Assembly: GCA_002345745.1 (NCBI GenBank)
Contig: DDWQ01000005.1
Location: forward strand, 3,707 to 67,706
Length of the DNA stretch: 64,000 bases
Direction: 5' to 3'
From: Candidatus Moranbacteria bacterium UBA2282
GTDB taxonomy: Bacteria; Patescibacteriota; Minisyncoccia; Moranbacterales; UBA2206
The position numbers were made by a program, and so were the translations under genes. Below the pieces are notes generated by a model. It was not told the origin of the DNA. It searched no databases and worked only from the letters and a program-made list of their open reading frames with translations. Positions 10,129 through 20,400 of the stretch are shown in pieces (within the stretch, counting starts at the first letter, position 1; every line of letters begins with the position of its first letter).

Positions 10129-10458
10129 ATGAATTTTGAAGAATATCAAAAGGAAGTGAATAAACATGCTGTGTATCCTATAGTAGGTAAGAAATTTGTG
10201 TATCCTGTTTTGGGCTTGGTTGGTGAAGCGGGTGAGGTGGCAGAAAAAATCAAGAAAATTTTGCGGGACAACGATGGTAATGTTTCAGAGGAACAGAAAA
10301 ATGAGATAAAAAAAGAACTTGGTGATGTATTGTGGTATCTATCGCAATTAGCAATTGACTTGGAAATATCGTTAGATGATGTTGCAAGTTGTAATATTGA
10401 AAAAATAAAAAGTCGAAGGGAACGTGGCGTGGTAAAGGGAATCGGTGATAATAGGTAA
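10129..10458 (+). CDS. MazG-like nucleotide pyrophosphohydrolase
   Basis: 109 aa with paired EXXE-type motifs (GLVGEAGEVAEKI, ELGDVLWYLSQLA) typical of the all-alpha NTP pyrophosphatase family. Confidence 0.7.
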   Translation: MNFEEYQKEVNKHAVYPIVGKKFVYPVLGLVGEAGEVAEKIKKILRDNDGNVSEEQKNEIKKELGDVLWYLSQLAIDLEISLDDVASCNIEKIKSRRERGVVKGIGDNR

Positions 10459-10472
10459 AAATATAAAATATT

Positions 10473-11942
10473 ATGACAAAATACATCCCAGTAATTGGCA
10501 TGGAAATCCATGTTGAGCTAAAGACAAAATCAAAAATGTTTTGCAGTTGCAAAAATGGTTTGGGTATGGAAACTGAACCCAACGTGAACATCTGTCCTGT
10601 CTGCACGGCACAACCCGGAACCTTGCCAGTGGCAAATGCACAGGCGATTGAATTTGTGCAAAAAGCAGGACTAGCGCTAAATTGCAAGATTGCGGAAAAT
10701 TCTAAATTTGATCGCAAAAACTATTTTTATCCAGATATCCCGAAAGGCTATCAGATTTCGCAATATGATCAGCCATTGTGTGGTTTGGGTCACATTCAAA
10801 TTGAAGATCGGGAAATTGGTATCACCAGAATTCATATGGAGGAGGATACTGGCAAGCTAGTGCATCCGAAGGGCGCTGATCATTCCTTGGTTGACTTTAA
10901 TCGTGCTGGTGTGCCTTTGATGGAATTGGTGACTGAGCCTGATATTGAAACGGGCAAGGAAGCGAGATTGTTTTGCCAGAAGTTGCAACAAATTTTTCGC
11001 TATTTGGAAATTTCTGATGCAGATATGGAAAAGGGGCATATGCGTTGCGAGGTGAACATCTCTTTGCACAAAGAGGGTGAAGAAAAATTGAGTGGCACCA
11101 AAGCGGAAATAAAAAATCTGAATTCTTTTCGTGTGGTGGAAAAAGCGGTTGACTATGAAATTTTGCGACAAACAGAGATTCTAGAAAAAGGTGAAAAAGT
11201 TATTCAAGAAACAATGGGTTGGGATGAAGCGCGTGGCGTAACTGTGACACAACGAAAAAAAGAATCCGCCCATGACTATCGCTATTTTCCAGAACCAGAT
11301 ATTCCGCCAATGCGATTTGCTGTTGAATATGTGGAAAATTTACGGCGACATTTGCCAGAATTGCCAGATGCTAAAGCGAAGAGGTTTGTTGAGGAATATA
11401 ATCTATCACCAGAGAATGTCAGCTTGATAACTAGCGATAGGGACTTAGCAAAATATTTTGAACAAGTTGTTTCGGAACTGCAGGAAAAAAAGCAGAGTGG
11501 GGAAGTAAAAGCAGAAGAAGCAAAGCTTATTAAATTAGCTGCAAACTATTTCGTTAGTGAACTGCAGAAACATTTAGTGAAGAATAATCAACAAATTTCT
11601 GATGTTAAGATTAGTGCAGAAAATTATGCCGAGCTGATTGGGCTTTTAGCAGACGGCATTATAAATTCCAGTGCCGGTCAAATTGTCTTAGAGGAAATGT
11701 ATGCCACCGGTGGTGACCCTTCGCAAATTATTGAAGCGAAAAATTTAGCGCAAATGGATGACTCTGGGGAACTTGAAAAAATTGTAGCAGAAGTTTTGGC
11801 GAAAAATCAAAAATCAGTGGATGATTTCAAGGCTGGTAAGCAAAATGCACTGCAATTTTTGATGGGGCAAGTTATGTCGGCATCGAAGGGGAAAGCGAAT
11901 CCTAAAATGGTAATAGATTCATTGAAAAATAAATTAGGGTAA
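10473..11942 (+). CDS. gatB: Asp-tRNA(Asn)/Glu-tRNA(Gln) amidotransferase subunit B
   Basis: 489 aa. N-terminal IPVIGMEIHVELKT...FCSC and C-terminal GatB/YqeY domain. Confidence 0.9.
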   Translation: MTKYIPVIGMEIHVELKTKSKMFCSCKNGLGMETEPNVNICPVCTAQPGTLPVANAQAIEFVQKAGLALNCKIAENSKFDRKNYFYPDIPKGYQISQYDQPLCGLGHIQIEDREIGITRIHMEEDTGKLVHPKGADHSLVDFNRAGVPLMELVTEPDIETGKEARLFCQKLQQIFRYLEISDADMEKGHMRCEVNISLHKEGEEKLSGTKAEIKNLNSFRVVEKAVDYEILRQTEILEKGEKVIQETMGWDEARGVTVTQRKKESAHDYRYFPEPDIPPMRFAVEYVENLRRHLPELPDAKAKRFVEEYNLSPENVSLITSDRDLAKYFEQVVSELQEKKQSGEVKAEEAKLIKLAANYFVSELQKHLVKNNQQISDVKISAENYAELIGLLADGIINSSAGQIVLEEMYATGGDPSQIIEAKNLAQMDDSGELEKIVAEVLAKNQKSVDDFKAGKQNALQFLMGQVMSASKGKANPKMVIDSLKNKLG

Positions 11943-11968
11943 AAATTTTTAAGTATTAAGAAAAAAAT

Positions 11969-12280
11969 ATGGAAGGAATGCAATTTTCAGTAGCTGAAAT
12001 TAAAAAACCAATCCAAGAATCTGGATATAGGAGTGTTTGGGATAGGGTTTCCGAAAGCGCTCTTCAGATATTGCAAAAAGATAGAAATCTTGAAAATGAT
12101 CCAGCTCTTTTAACTAGGGTGGAAGAAATTTTAAGCGACCCATCTTTTAAAGAAAAAGTAACTCAAATTTGGACTGAACAAGTTATGAAAAAAGGCGGTG
12201 TTGACAGTGATCCGAAAAAACAAGATGAGCTATGGGCAAACGGACTAGCTATCAGGATAAAAGATATGATTGATAATTAG
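11969..12280 (+). CDS. Hypothetical protein
   Basis: 103-aa ORF 26 nt downstream of gatB. No recognisable motif. Confidence 0.35.
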   Translation: MEGMQFSVAEIKKPIQESGYRSVWDRVSESALQILQKDRNLENDPALLTRVEEILSDPSFKEKVTQIWTEQVMKKGGVDSDPKKQDELWANGLAIRIKDMIDN

Positions 12281-12329
12281 TTTAGCCCGTCTTTATTAAA
12301 AAGGGATTGGAGAAAATCTCAGTTTTTAA

Positions 12330-13316
12330 TTATTTCATAAACTTCGCCACTTCTTTTTGCATATCGGAATATTTTTCTAGCCAGATGATTCGCTTGTCTT
12401 TGGAAAACCAAGTCATCTGGCGTTTGGCGTAATCTTTTTCCGCCAGATAGACTTTTTCGTAGAGCTCTTCTAGTATGATTTTCTTTTGCAAGTATTCCGG
12501 CATCCAAAAATAGCCCAAGCCGAAGCTCTGGATTTTTTCCCAACTCAATCCTTGTCGGTGGAGTTTTTCCGTTTCTGCTAGCATTCCATCGCTCCAGCGT
12601 GCATCTAGACGTGCTTTGATTCTGGCGTGCAGGGTTTCTTTCGGTACGGAGACCCCGATTTGCAAAAATTGGTATTTGGTATTTGGTATTTGGTATTTTG
12701 TATCTGGAACATGTCCGAGTGATCCGCAAATTTCGATAGCTCTGATTAAACGAACTTTATTTTTAGCATCAATATCCTTTGCGCGTCTTGGGTCGAGTTT
12801 TTTTAATCGAGAAAATAATTCTTCTGTTGATTCTTTGTCTAATTCTTTACGCAACTGCCAATCTGGTTCAACTTCCGGATAAGCGATGTTGTCCACAATC
12901 GATTTGATCCAGAAACCGGTGCCACCGCACAAAATCGGCAGCTTGCCACGGCGCAAAATGTCTGCGATAACTTTATCTGCTTGTTGCTTAAACTCAGCAG
13001 CGCTGAAAGTGTCTTGAGGATTAACAATATCAATCATATAATGCGGAATGCCTTCAGACATAAAAATATCTTTTGTATTTTGTATCTTGTATTTTGTATC
13101 TTGTTTGGTGCTTGGTGTTTGGTGTTTGATGTTTGCATCCCTGATGACTTTACCAGTGCCTATGTCCATTCCACGATAAATCTGCCGTGAATCCACGGAC
13201 ACGATTTCACCATCAAATTCTCGAGCAAGTTTAATCGCCACTGCGGATTTTCCGGCTGAAGTTGGACCTAATATCACAACAATTTTGTTTGATTGTATTT
13301 TTTTGATAGATGTCAT
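12330..13316 (-). CDS. miaA: tRNA dimethylallyltransferase MiaA, carrying two in-frame heptamer-repeat insertions
   Basis: P-loop ILGPTSAGKSAVAIKLA and SVDSRQIYRGMDIGTGK motifs. Extra peptide tracts HQTPSTKQDTKYKIQNTKD and TKYQIPNTKYQ are encoded by 7-nt tandem repeats. Confidence 0.85.
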   Translation of the reverse strand: MTSIKKIQSNKIVVILGPTSAGKSAVAIKLAREFDGEIVSVDSRQIYRGMDIGTGKVIRDANIKHQTPSTKQDTKYKIQNTKDIFMSEGIPHYMIDIVNPQDTFSAAEFKQQADKVIADILRRGKLPILCGGTGFWIKSIVDNIAYPEVEPDWQLRKELDKESTEELFSRLKKLDPRRAKDIDAKNKVRLIRAIEICGSLGHVPDTKYQIPNTKYQFLQIGVSVPKETLHARIKARLDARWSDGMLAETEKLHRQGLSWEKIQSFGLGYFWMPEYLQKKIILEELYEKVYLAEKDYAKRQMTWFSKDKRIIWLEKYSDMQKEVAKFMK

Positions 13317-13402
13317 AACTAATTTCTAACTATATTTTTTGGATGCTCAAATTTTTAATTTCCAATTTTAAATTTTTGAAATAATGATTAATGACTAAAT
13401 TT

Positions 13403-14818
13403 TTAAACCAGCTCTCCTTCCAAATTCCAAATATTGGCCTTCGTAATTTTCACTTTCGCAAATTGTCCGACGAGATTTTTCTTAGAAGAAATTATTTTCA
13501 CATTTTTGCCAGTGCGGGTTTTGCCGAAATATATATTATTTTTTTCTTTTCTTGCCACGTGGTCCGATTTGTCGGACTTTACGTGGTCGATCAACACTTC
13601 CTGCACGGTATTTTTATATTTTTTATTATGGGCGAAAGTGGTTTTTTTCAGAATTTCATTTAGGAATTGTTCTCGGTGTTCTTTTTCGGTCTTGGAAACA
13701 TCATCTTTCATCTTCCAAGCAACTGTGCCGGGGCGGGGTGAAAATTGACCGAAGAAAACTAGATCATATTTGGCTTTGTGCATAATTTCCGCGGACTGCA
13801 TAAATTGCTTTTTAGTTTCACCGGGGAAACCGACAATAATGTCAGAAGTCAACGCAAACGGTGTATTAGGTTTATACGCTTTAAAGGAAATTTTTATTTT
13901 TCTAACTAAATTCAGATAATGCTTAATGGTGTATTTGCGATTCATTTTTTGCAAAATTTCATCTGAACCGGACTGAATTGGTAGATGTACCAACTCACAC
14001 ACTTTTCTTGATTTGGCAATTACTTCAATCAGTTCGTCCGACATATCTTTCGGATGTGAAGACACAAATTGAATCCAAAATTTTCCAGGAATAGCATTGA
14101 TTTTTTTAAGCAACTGCGGAAAACTTACGGTTCTGTAGGGGTGAAACCCCTTTGTAGGGGTTTCACCCCTGCTGTCACAATAGCTGTTCACATTTTGTCC
14201 CAAGAGCGTAATTGATTTGTAACCATCTTTGATCAAGTCTTTTATTTCAGTAATTATTTCAGTGGCTGGGCGGGAAGTCTCACGACCGCGAGCATAGGGA
14301 ACAACGCAATAGGAGCAGAAGTTATTACAGCCGGTCATTATCGGAACAAAAGCCTGGAAGGCGTTGGTATATTGGGGATTAATAGACAGATAATCAATGT
14401 TTTCTTTAGTCAGGTGGTTATTGCTTTGTTCCGAAATTTTCAATTTTAAATTTTCAATTTTTAATGAATTTTCAATGACAAAATTTTCAAACAATCCAAA
14501 TTTGTTGATTGGAAAAAATAAATCCACCTTATTTTTCAGTCTTCGTTGCACATCTTTGCGATTGGCGAGGCAACCAGTTAAAACAATCTGCAGTGGTTTT
14601 TTTTCCGCCACAGATTTCTTTTTGAGATTATGGATTTGTCCATAGACGCGGTCTTCTGCCATTTGTCGCACGCCACAAGTATTAAAAATAACTAAATCAG
14701 CCTCCGCAATCTTTGAGGCTAGCTTGTAATTTCGATCTTCCAAGAATCCCGCAATTCGCTCGGAATCGGAAATATTCATTTGGCAACCGAAAGTTTTGAT
14801 AAAATATTTTTTAGACAT
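13403..14818 (-). CDS. miaB: tRNA-i6A37 methylthiotransferase MiaB, with in-frame palindromic insertion
   Basis: UPF0004 N-terminal domain FIKTFGCQMN, radical-SAM CNNFCSYCVVP, TRAM C-terminus. A perfect 15-bp inverted repeat at 14141-14174 adds about 10 residues (GETPTKGFHPY) in frame. Confidence 0.85.
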   Translation of the reverse strand: MSKKYFIKTFGCQMNISDSERIAGFLEDRNYKLASKIAEADLVIFNTCGVRQMAEDRVYGQIHNLKKKSVAEKKPLQIVLTGCLANRKDVQRRLKNKVDLFFPINKFGLFENFVIENSLKIENLKLKISEQSNNHLTKENIDYLSINPQYTNAFQAFVPIMTGCNNFCSYCVVPYARGRETSRPATEIITEIKDLIKDGYKSITLLGQNVNSYCDSRGETPTKGFHPYRTVSFPQLLKKINAIPGKFWIQFVSSHPKDMSDELIEVIAKSRKVCELVHLPIQSGSDEILQKMNRKYTIKHYLNLVRKIKISFKAYKPNTPFALTSDIIVGFPGETKKQFMQSAEIMHKAKYDLVFFGQFSPRPGTVAWKMKDDVSKTEKEHREQFLNEILKKTTFAHNKKYKNTVQEVLIDHVKSDKSDHVARKEKNNIYFGKTRTGKNVKIISSKKNLVGQFAKVKITKANIWNLEGELV

Positions 14819-14994
14819 ATAGACGATTAAAAATGAAAATTATGGCTTAAAAAAGCCAAAAATAGTATTAGTTGTTGACAAGTTAGATTTTTTATGCAAT
14901 AATACTAGATAGGTACTTATAAAATTTAAAAATAGAGCGTCATATGACAATGTCAATTATGGCGTAAAATCAACAAAAAAACAAGGAGTACAAG

Positions 14995-15294
14995 ATGGCT
15001 GCAGAAGAGAAATACAAGAAGACAATGCTGATATTAAATCCAATCGCAATTCGGTGGGCAATCGAATTCATTTTGTTTGAGAATCAAACAACGATGAATG
15101 TAAGATCACTCGATATGGGCGGTTGGTTTACCTGCAAAATTAATTTGAGAAGGCTAAAGAGATGGTTTGACCGTCATGGGTGCGACGTCTGTGAAATTCC
15201 TATTTTTCAGGTTGTCTTAAATGACAGTTCAGTACCAGTTAAAAAAATAACTGAAAAAAATATCAACAAGATAAGCTTTCCTGCTTGTCTTTGA
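14995..15294 (+). CDS. Hypothetical protein
   Basis: 99-aa ORF preceded by a good RBS (AAGGAG 6 nt upstream of ATG). No recognisable motifs. Confidence 0.4.
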   Translation: MAAEEKYKKTMLILNPIAIRWAIEFILFENQTTMNVRSLDMGGWFTCKINLRRLKRWFDRHGCDVCEIPIFQVVLNDSSVPVKKITEKNINKISFPACL

Positions 15295-15295
15295 T

Positions 15296-15340
15296 GGGCA
15301 AAAACCGGGAGTTCTGCAACAGCAGGACATCCGGTTTTTA
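15296..15340. terminator. Bidirectional hairpin terminator between the 14995 ORF and thrS
   Basis: AAAACCGG...CCGGTTTT stem with flanking A/T runs on both strands. Confidence 0.45.
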
Positions 15341-15355
15341 TATTGCTACAGAAGT

Positions 15356-17113
15356 CTATTTTTTATCTTGAATCTCAGCTACAATTTTTTCTATAAATTC
15401 ATCTACGTTTGTCACTGTCTGATCTTTTGTCCCTCTTGGACGCACGGCGACGGTTTGCGATTCCATTTCTTTTTCTCCAACCACAAGCATATATGGGATT
15501 TTTTGTTTGTCGGCGTTACGAATTCTTTTGCCCAAACTTTCTGCGGTCGCATCAACCTCAGCACGTACGCCAGCTGCTAGCAGTTTGTTTTTCACATCTT
15601 GCGCATAGGCGCCAAACTTTTCTTCGGAAACTGGAATAATCATTACTTGCACAGGGGAGAGCCAAGTTGGAAAGGCACCAGCAAAATGTTCAATGATAAG
15701 AGTAAAAAATCTTTCATAGGATCCGAGAATTGCTCGATGAACCATAACAGGTGAAACTTTTTCTCCGTTTTCATCTGTATATTCAAGTCCAAATCTTTTT
15801 GGAGTGGCGAAATCAATTTGAACTGTAGGAATTTGGATTTCTCGTCCAGCTACATCTTTAAATATAAAGTCTAGTTTAGGACCATATAGAGCTGCTTCTC
15901 CTTCACATTTTTTTGCCTTAAGATTCATTTCATCTGAAATTTCCTGAAGCATTGTTTCGCACTTATCCCAATCCTCAGTTTCCCCAATATATTTTTCTGG
16001 ATGTTCATAATCTCGAACTGAAAGTGAAACCCAATGATTTTCCCATAATCCTAGTGCGGTATAGAAATCCTGAATTATGTTAACCATATTTTTTATCTCG
16101 TCTTTCACTTGGTCAACACGGCAAAAGGAATGACCATCTTCAACTGTGATTGCATAGACTCTTGATAGACCACTAACCTCGCCAGTTTTTTCTGCTCGGT
16201 ATTGCTTATCTGATTCCATATATCTGATTGGAAGATCTTTATAGGATCTAGTTCTTGAAGCATAAATTTGTGTTTGGTGAGGACATTGTACTGGCTTTAA
16301 AACTAAATTGTGTTTTTTTTCTGAAGTGACATGAAATAATTCATCGCCAAATTTTTTTGCATGCCCTGATATTTCAAAAAGTTCTTCTTTGGCTAGAGAT
16401 GGTGTTGATACTTTTTGAAATCCATATTTTCTACAAACTCCTTCAATGTGTTTTTGCAATTCATCTTTTATAATGGTTCCTTTCGGAGTATAGAGGGGCA
16501 GTCCTGGACCAACTAAATCGGAAAAGCAAAATAGATCTAATTCTTTGCCTAGTTTTCGATGGTCTCTCTTTTCCGCTTCCTCTATTATATGCAGATATTC
16601 TTTCAATTCATTTTTAGTTTCAAACACCACGCCATAAATTCGTTGCATCTGTTTGTTTTTTTCGTTAGCTCGCCAATAGGCACCAGAAATTTTTGTTAGT
16701 TTCATAGCGTCGGCTCTGATTTCACCAGTTGAATCAAGATGTGGTCCAGAGCAAAGATCAACAAATTGGCCGGATTTATAGACGGTAATTTTTTCACCAC
16801 TTGTAGCTAGTTCTGAAATTAATTCTAATTTATAATCTTGTCCAAGTTTAGCGAAATCATTTTTGGCATCAGTGGCGGAAATTTCTGCTTTCTCAAAAGG
16901 GTGATTGGCTTGAATTATTTTTGCCATTTTGTTTTCCAAAATTTCCAAATCTTCCGGGATGAGAGTTCGCGGTAAATCAAAATCATAGTAAAAACCATTC
17001 TCAAGAGCTGGACCAGTGCCAAACTTGGCTTCTGGAAACATTTCTAAAACGGCAGCAGCTAGGACATGTGCGGTAGAGTGGCGAAGAATTTCCAATTTGT
17101 TTTGTTCGTTCAT
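15356..17113 (-). CDS. thrS: Threonyl-tRNA synthetase (lacking N-terminal TGS domain)
   Basis: 585 aa starting at the editing-domain HSTAHVLAAAV region. Class II core and C-terminal anticodon-binding domain present. Confidence 0.9.
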   Translation of the reverse strand: MNEQNKLEILRHSTAHVLAAAVLEMFPEAKFGTGPALENGFYYDFDLPRTLIPEDLEILENKMAKIIQANHPFEKAEISATDAKNDFAKLGQDYKLELISELATSGEKITVYKSGQFVDLCSGPHLDSTGEIRADAMKLTKISGAYWRANEKNKQMQRIYGVVFETKNELKEYLHIIEEAEKRDHRKLGKELDLFCFSDLVGPGLPLYTPKGTIIKDELQKHIEGVCRKYGFQKVSTPSLAKEELFEISGHAKKFGDELFHVTSEKKHNLVLKPVQCPHQTQIYASRTRSYKDLPIRYMESDKQYRAEKTGEVSGLSRVYAITVEDGHSFCRVDQVKDEIKNMVNIIQDFYTALGLWENHWVSLSVRDYEHPEKYIGETEDWDKCETMLQEISDEMNLKAKKCEGEAALYGPKLDFIFKDVAGREIQIPTVQIDFATPKRFGLEYTDENGEKVSPVMVHRAILGSYERFFTLIIEHFAGAFPTWLSPVQVMIIPVSEEKFGAYAQDVKNKLLAAGVRAEVDATAESLGKRIRNADKQKIPYMLVVGEKEMESQTVAVRPRGTKDQTVTNVDEFIEKIVAEIQDKK

Positions 17114-17400
17114 AATTTTTTGTAAAATAATTATTTAAATAGGGCTGATCCTGAGTGCTCGCGATTTGTTTTTTCTGGCTGAATTAAAAATTTAGAGAAA
17201 AACAAAAATGCCAAAAAATTATCTGATTTCGAGGTCCGACGATGCTGTCGGGCGGTTCCACTCGAATTCCCATAATTTTTGGGCACTTTATTGACCAGAT
17301 TCGTCAGGTCCTACGGAGATTACGCGGTTGGTAGCCGTTTCAAATATCTCATTTGTTTGTATCATCAGTATAATACGAAAGCTCTTTGCTTGCAAGTGTG
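17114..17400 (-). promoter_or_regulatory. Candidate promoter plus T-box-like leader for thrS
   Basis: Minus-strand TTGCAA-17-TATTAT at about 17372-17400. Leader contains GAGUGGAACCGCC (plus coordinates 17251-17270), resembling the T-box consensus GGGUGGNACCGCG with A opposite a U73 discriminator. A nested terminator-like hairpin and a U-run follow. Confidence 0.4.
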
Positions 17401-17487
17401 GGAGTTTTTAGGAGCTAGTGGAGAAACGCACTAACGCCAAGGCGCGGAATTATTTTTCTTTCACGCTCTTAAGTCCTTTTGTATTTG

Positions 17488-20400
17488 TTAAAAGATGGAT
17501 ATTTTTGCTTCCGGCAGAATATTTTTCAGGTTACTCTCTAGACTGTCGGTTTGCGCAATGCAATAGGCTGTTTCTAGTTTCTGATTGTTGATAGAAAGAA
17601 AAACTTTCATCACGCCAGCTTCACAACGGTCAAAATATTGCGAAAGTTTTTTCAGCACTTCTTGGTCAGAATTAGCTGGCAGGGTAATAATTATTTTTGT
17701 GGCATCAATTTTCCTCTCAGTTATTTTTTCATTGTGCTTGCGTGTGGCCAAGACACGGCTGAATTTTTCCACTTCCGCTGGATTGACGATGGTAACCGTA
17801 TCACACAAAATTTTGAAAGTGCCATCTTTATCAGAAATTTTTCCGCCAACCAAAATCACTTTATCTTCTTCCCAAATTGATCCCGTAGCATCAAGTATTT
17901 TTGGAAAAACAAGAATTTCCATTGATGCTTCTGTGTCTTCAATGGTTACAAACAACATAGTTTTTTGGGTTTTCAAATAAATTTTATGAATTTTGGAAAT
18001 AACTCCGCCAACATTGATATTTTGTCCAACATGAGAAGAATTGATATCCTTGATCGGCACACCCATCTGCTCAAAATAATCTTTGTACTCGCGGGCAGGA
18101 TGATCGCTAATATAGAGTCCCATTAGTTCCTTTTCCCAACTCAGACGTTGCTTTTTAGTAGCGGGCTCACATTCAAGCATAGCAATTTCTGGTAGGGCAA
18201 TTTCAGCAGAACTAAAAAGACTGCCTTGTTGCGAATTTTGATTTTTCTGAAAAGTTTTGGAATGGGAAATTATATTTTCAACAGACGCGATGATTTGATT
18301 GCGTTCTCCCAGTCCTTCCAGCGCACCAACTTTAGCCAAAGCATCAATTGATTTTTTATTCAAATCTTTAGTTTGCACTCTTTCAACAAAATCAGTTAGA
18401 TTTTTGAATTTGCCACCTTTTTTTCGCTCGATCACAATTTCATGTGCCACATTGTGCCCAACATTTTTGATGGCGTTGAGTCCAAATCTAATTCTAGATT
18501 TTTTAGTTTCCGGATCAACCCCCACACTGAAATTATCCTTGTTTGTTTCATTGGGTAAAATTGTATCTAGCGCGTTATTATTTTTGGTGTCGGGGTAAAT
18601 AATTACTGCAAATTCTTCAAAACTTTCATTGATGTGCGGTGCCATAACTTCAATACCCATATCACGACATTCAGACACTTCAATTGCTACGCGATCAATT
18701 TTGTCTTGGTCAGAAGTGAGAAGAGCAGCCATAAAAGGTGCTGGAAAATGTGCTTTCAGATAAGCAGTTTGATAACCAATAAGTCCATAGCAAGCAGCAT
18801 GACTCCTGTTAAAACCGTAACCCGCAAATGGCTCGATATATTCAAAAACTTTTTCACCAATTTTGCGATCCACGCCTTGCGTGACACAACCTTCAATGAA
18901 TTTTATTTTTTGCTCAGCAATCAGTGCAAAAATTTTCTTGCCCATCGCTTTGCGCAAAACATCCGCTTCACCCATAGAAAATCCAGCCAAATCACGCGCG
19001 ATTTGCATAACCTGTTCTTGATAGACAGCGACGCCATAAGTTTTTTTGAGAATTGGTTCTAGATTTGGATGCAGGTAGGACATTTTTTTTTCGCCGTGTT
19101 TTCGTGCGATGAAGTCTGGGATCCAATCCATTGGTCCTGGGCGATAGAGTGCTACCATCGCGATAATATCCTCTAATTCAGTGGGCTTCAAAAGTTTTAA
19201 GTATCTTTTCATACCAGAACTTTCCAATTGGAACACCCCAGTGGTTTCAGCTTTCTGCAACAGTTCAAAAGCTTTAGCATCATCTAGTGGAATAGTGTCG
19301 ATATCAATTTCAATTCCTTCTAATTTTTTGACAATACGCAAAGTGTTTTGCATAATAGTAAGATTTTTTAGTCCTAAGAAGTCCATTTTAAGCAGACCAA
19401 TTTTTTCTACGAAACTAGATTTAGTTGAAGATGAATATTGGGTTACAGTTCCGCCATTCTCGCCAGTTTTGGTGATGTTTTGCAGTGGAGTATATTCAGT
19501 TACAGGTTCTTTAGTGATAACCACCCCACAAGCATGCATTGAAGCATGACGAATTACACCCTCTAAACGTTTAGCGCTATCAATGAGTTTTTTTGCACCG
19601 GGATCCATACCATAAAAATCTTTAAACTCTTTGGATTCTTCCAGAGCTTCTTCAATAGTGGAAAATTGTGGAATGAGCTTAGCCGTAGCATCACAAAAAG
19701 CATAAGGGATACCTAGCGCTCGTCCGGCATCACGAATCGCAGCGCGTGCTGCCATAGTTCCAAAGGTGATGATTTGGGCAACATGGTCGTTGCCATATTT
19801 TCGGCGAACATATTGCAGAACTTCATCTCGTCGGTCGTCAGCAAAGTCCATATCGACATCAGGCATTGAGACACGTTCTGGATTTAGAAATCTTTCAAAC
19901 AGTAAATCATATTTAATTGGGTCTATATTGGTGATACCAACAAGATAGGAAACAAAACTTCCAGCGGCACTGCCACGACCCGGTCCAACGACGATACCTT
20001 GGCTACGAGCCCAATTGGTAAAATCCTGGACGATTAGAAAGTATGAAGCGTAACCGGTTTTTTCAATAACACTCATTTCATAATCCATACGTTTTCTGTG
20101 TTCACTGGTAATGTCGTCGCCAAATCTTTTAATTAGTCCGTCTTCGCAAAGTTTTTCTAAATATGTTTGAGCAGTGAAGCCTTCTGGAAAATCAAAATGA
20201 GGGAGTTGGGTTTCGCCTAATTTAATTTCCAGATTACATTTATCGACAATTTCTTGGGTATTACTGATCGCCTCAGGAATGTGGGCGAAATGTGCGGCCA
20301 TTTCTTCGGGACTTTTCAGATATAATTCAAAATCCATTAAACTCATACGGTCTTTCATTTCGACAGTTTTATTGGTTTGAATGCATAATAGGATGTCTTG

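Noticed and set aside
12319-12729. 136-aa minus-strand ORF overlapping the 3' part of miaA in another frame (contains RYKIPNTKYQIP)
   Set aside because: It overlaps the clearly conserved MiaA frame. Its repeat peptide is just the alternative-frame reading of the heptamer tract.
17114-17487. thrS-dnaE intergenic region as tmRNA, RNase P RNA or SRP RNA
   Set aside because: No tRNA-like acceptor/T-arm ends, no RNase P GGAAAGTCCGGGCTCC-type P4 sequences and no SRP GGAA tetraloop domain IV motif were found. Promoter position and the GAGUGGAACCGCC element fit a thrS leader better. Infernal should still be run.
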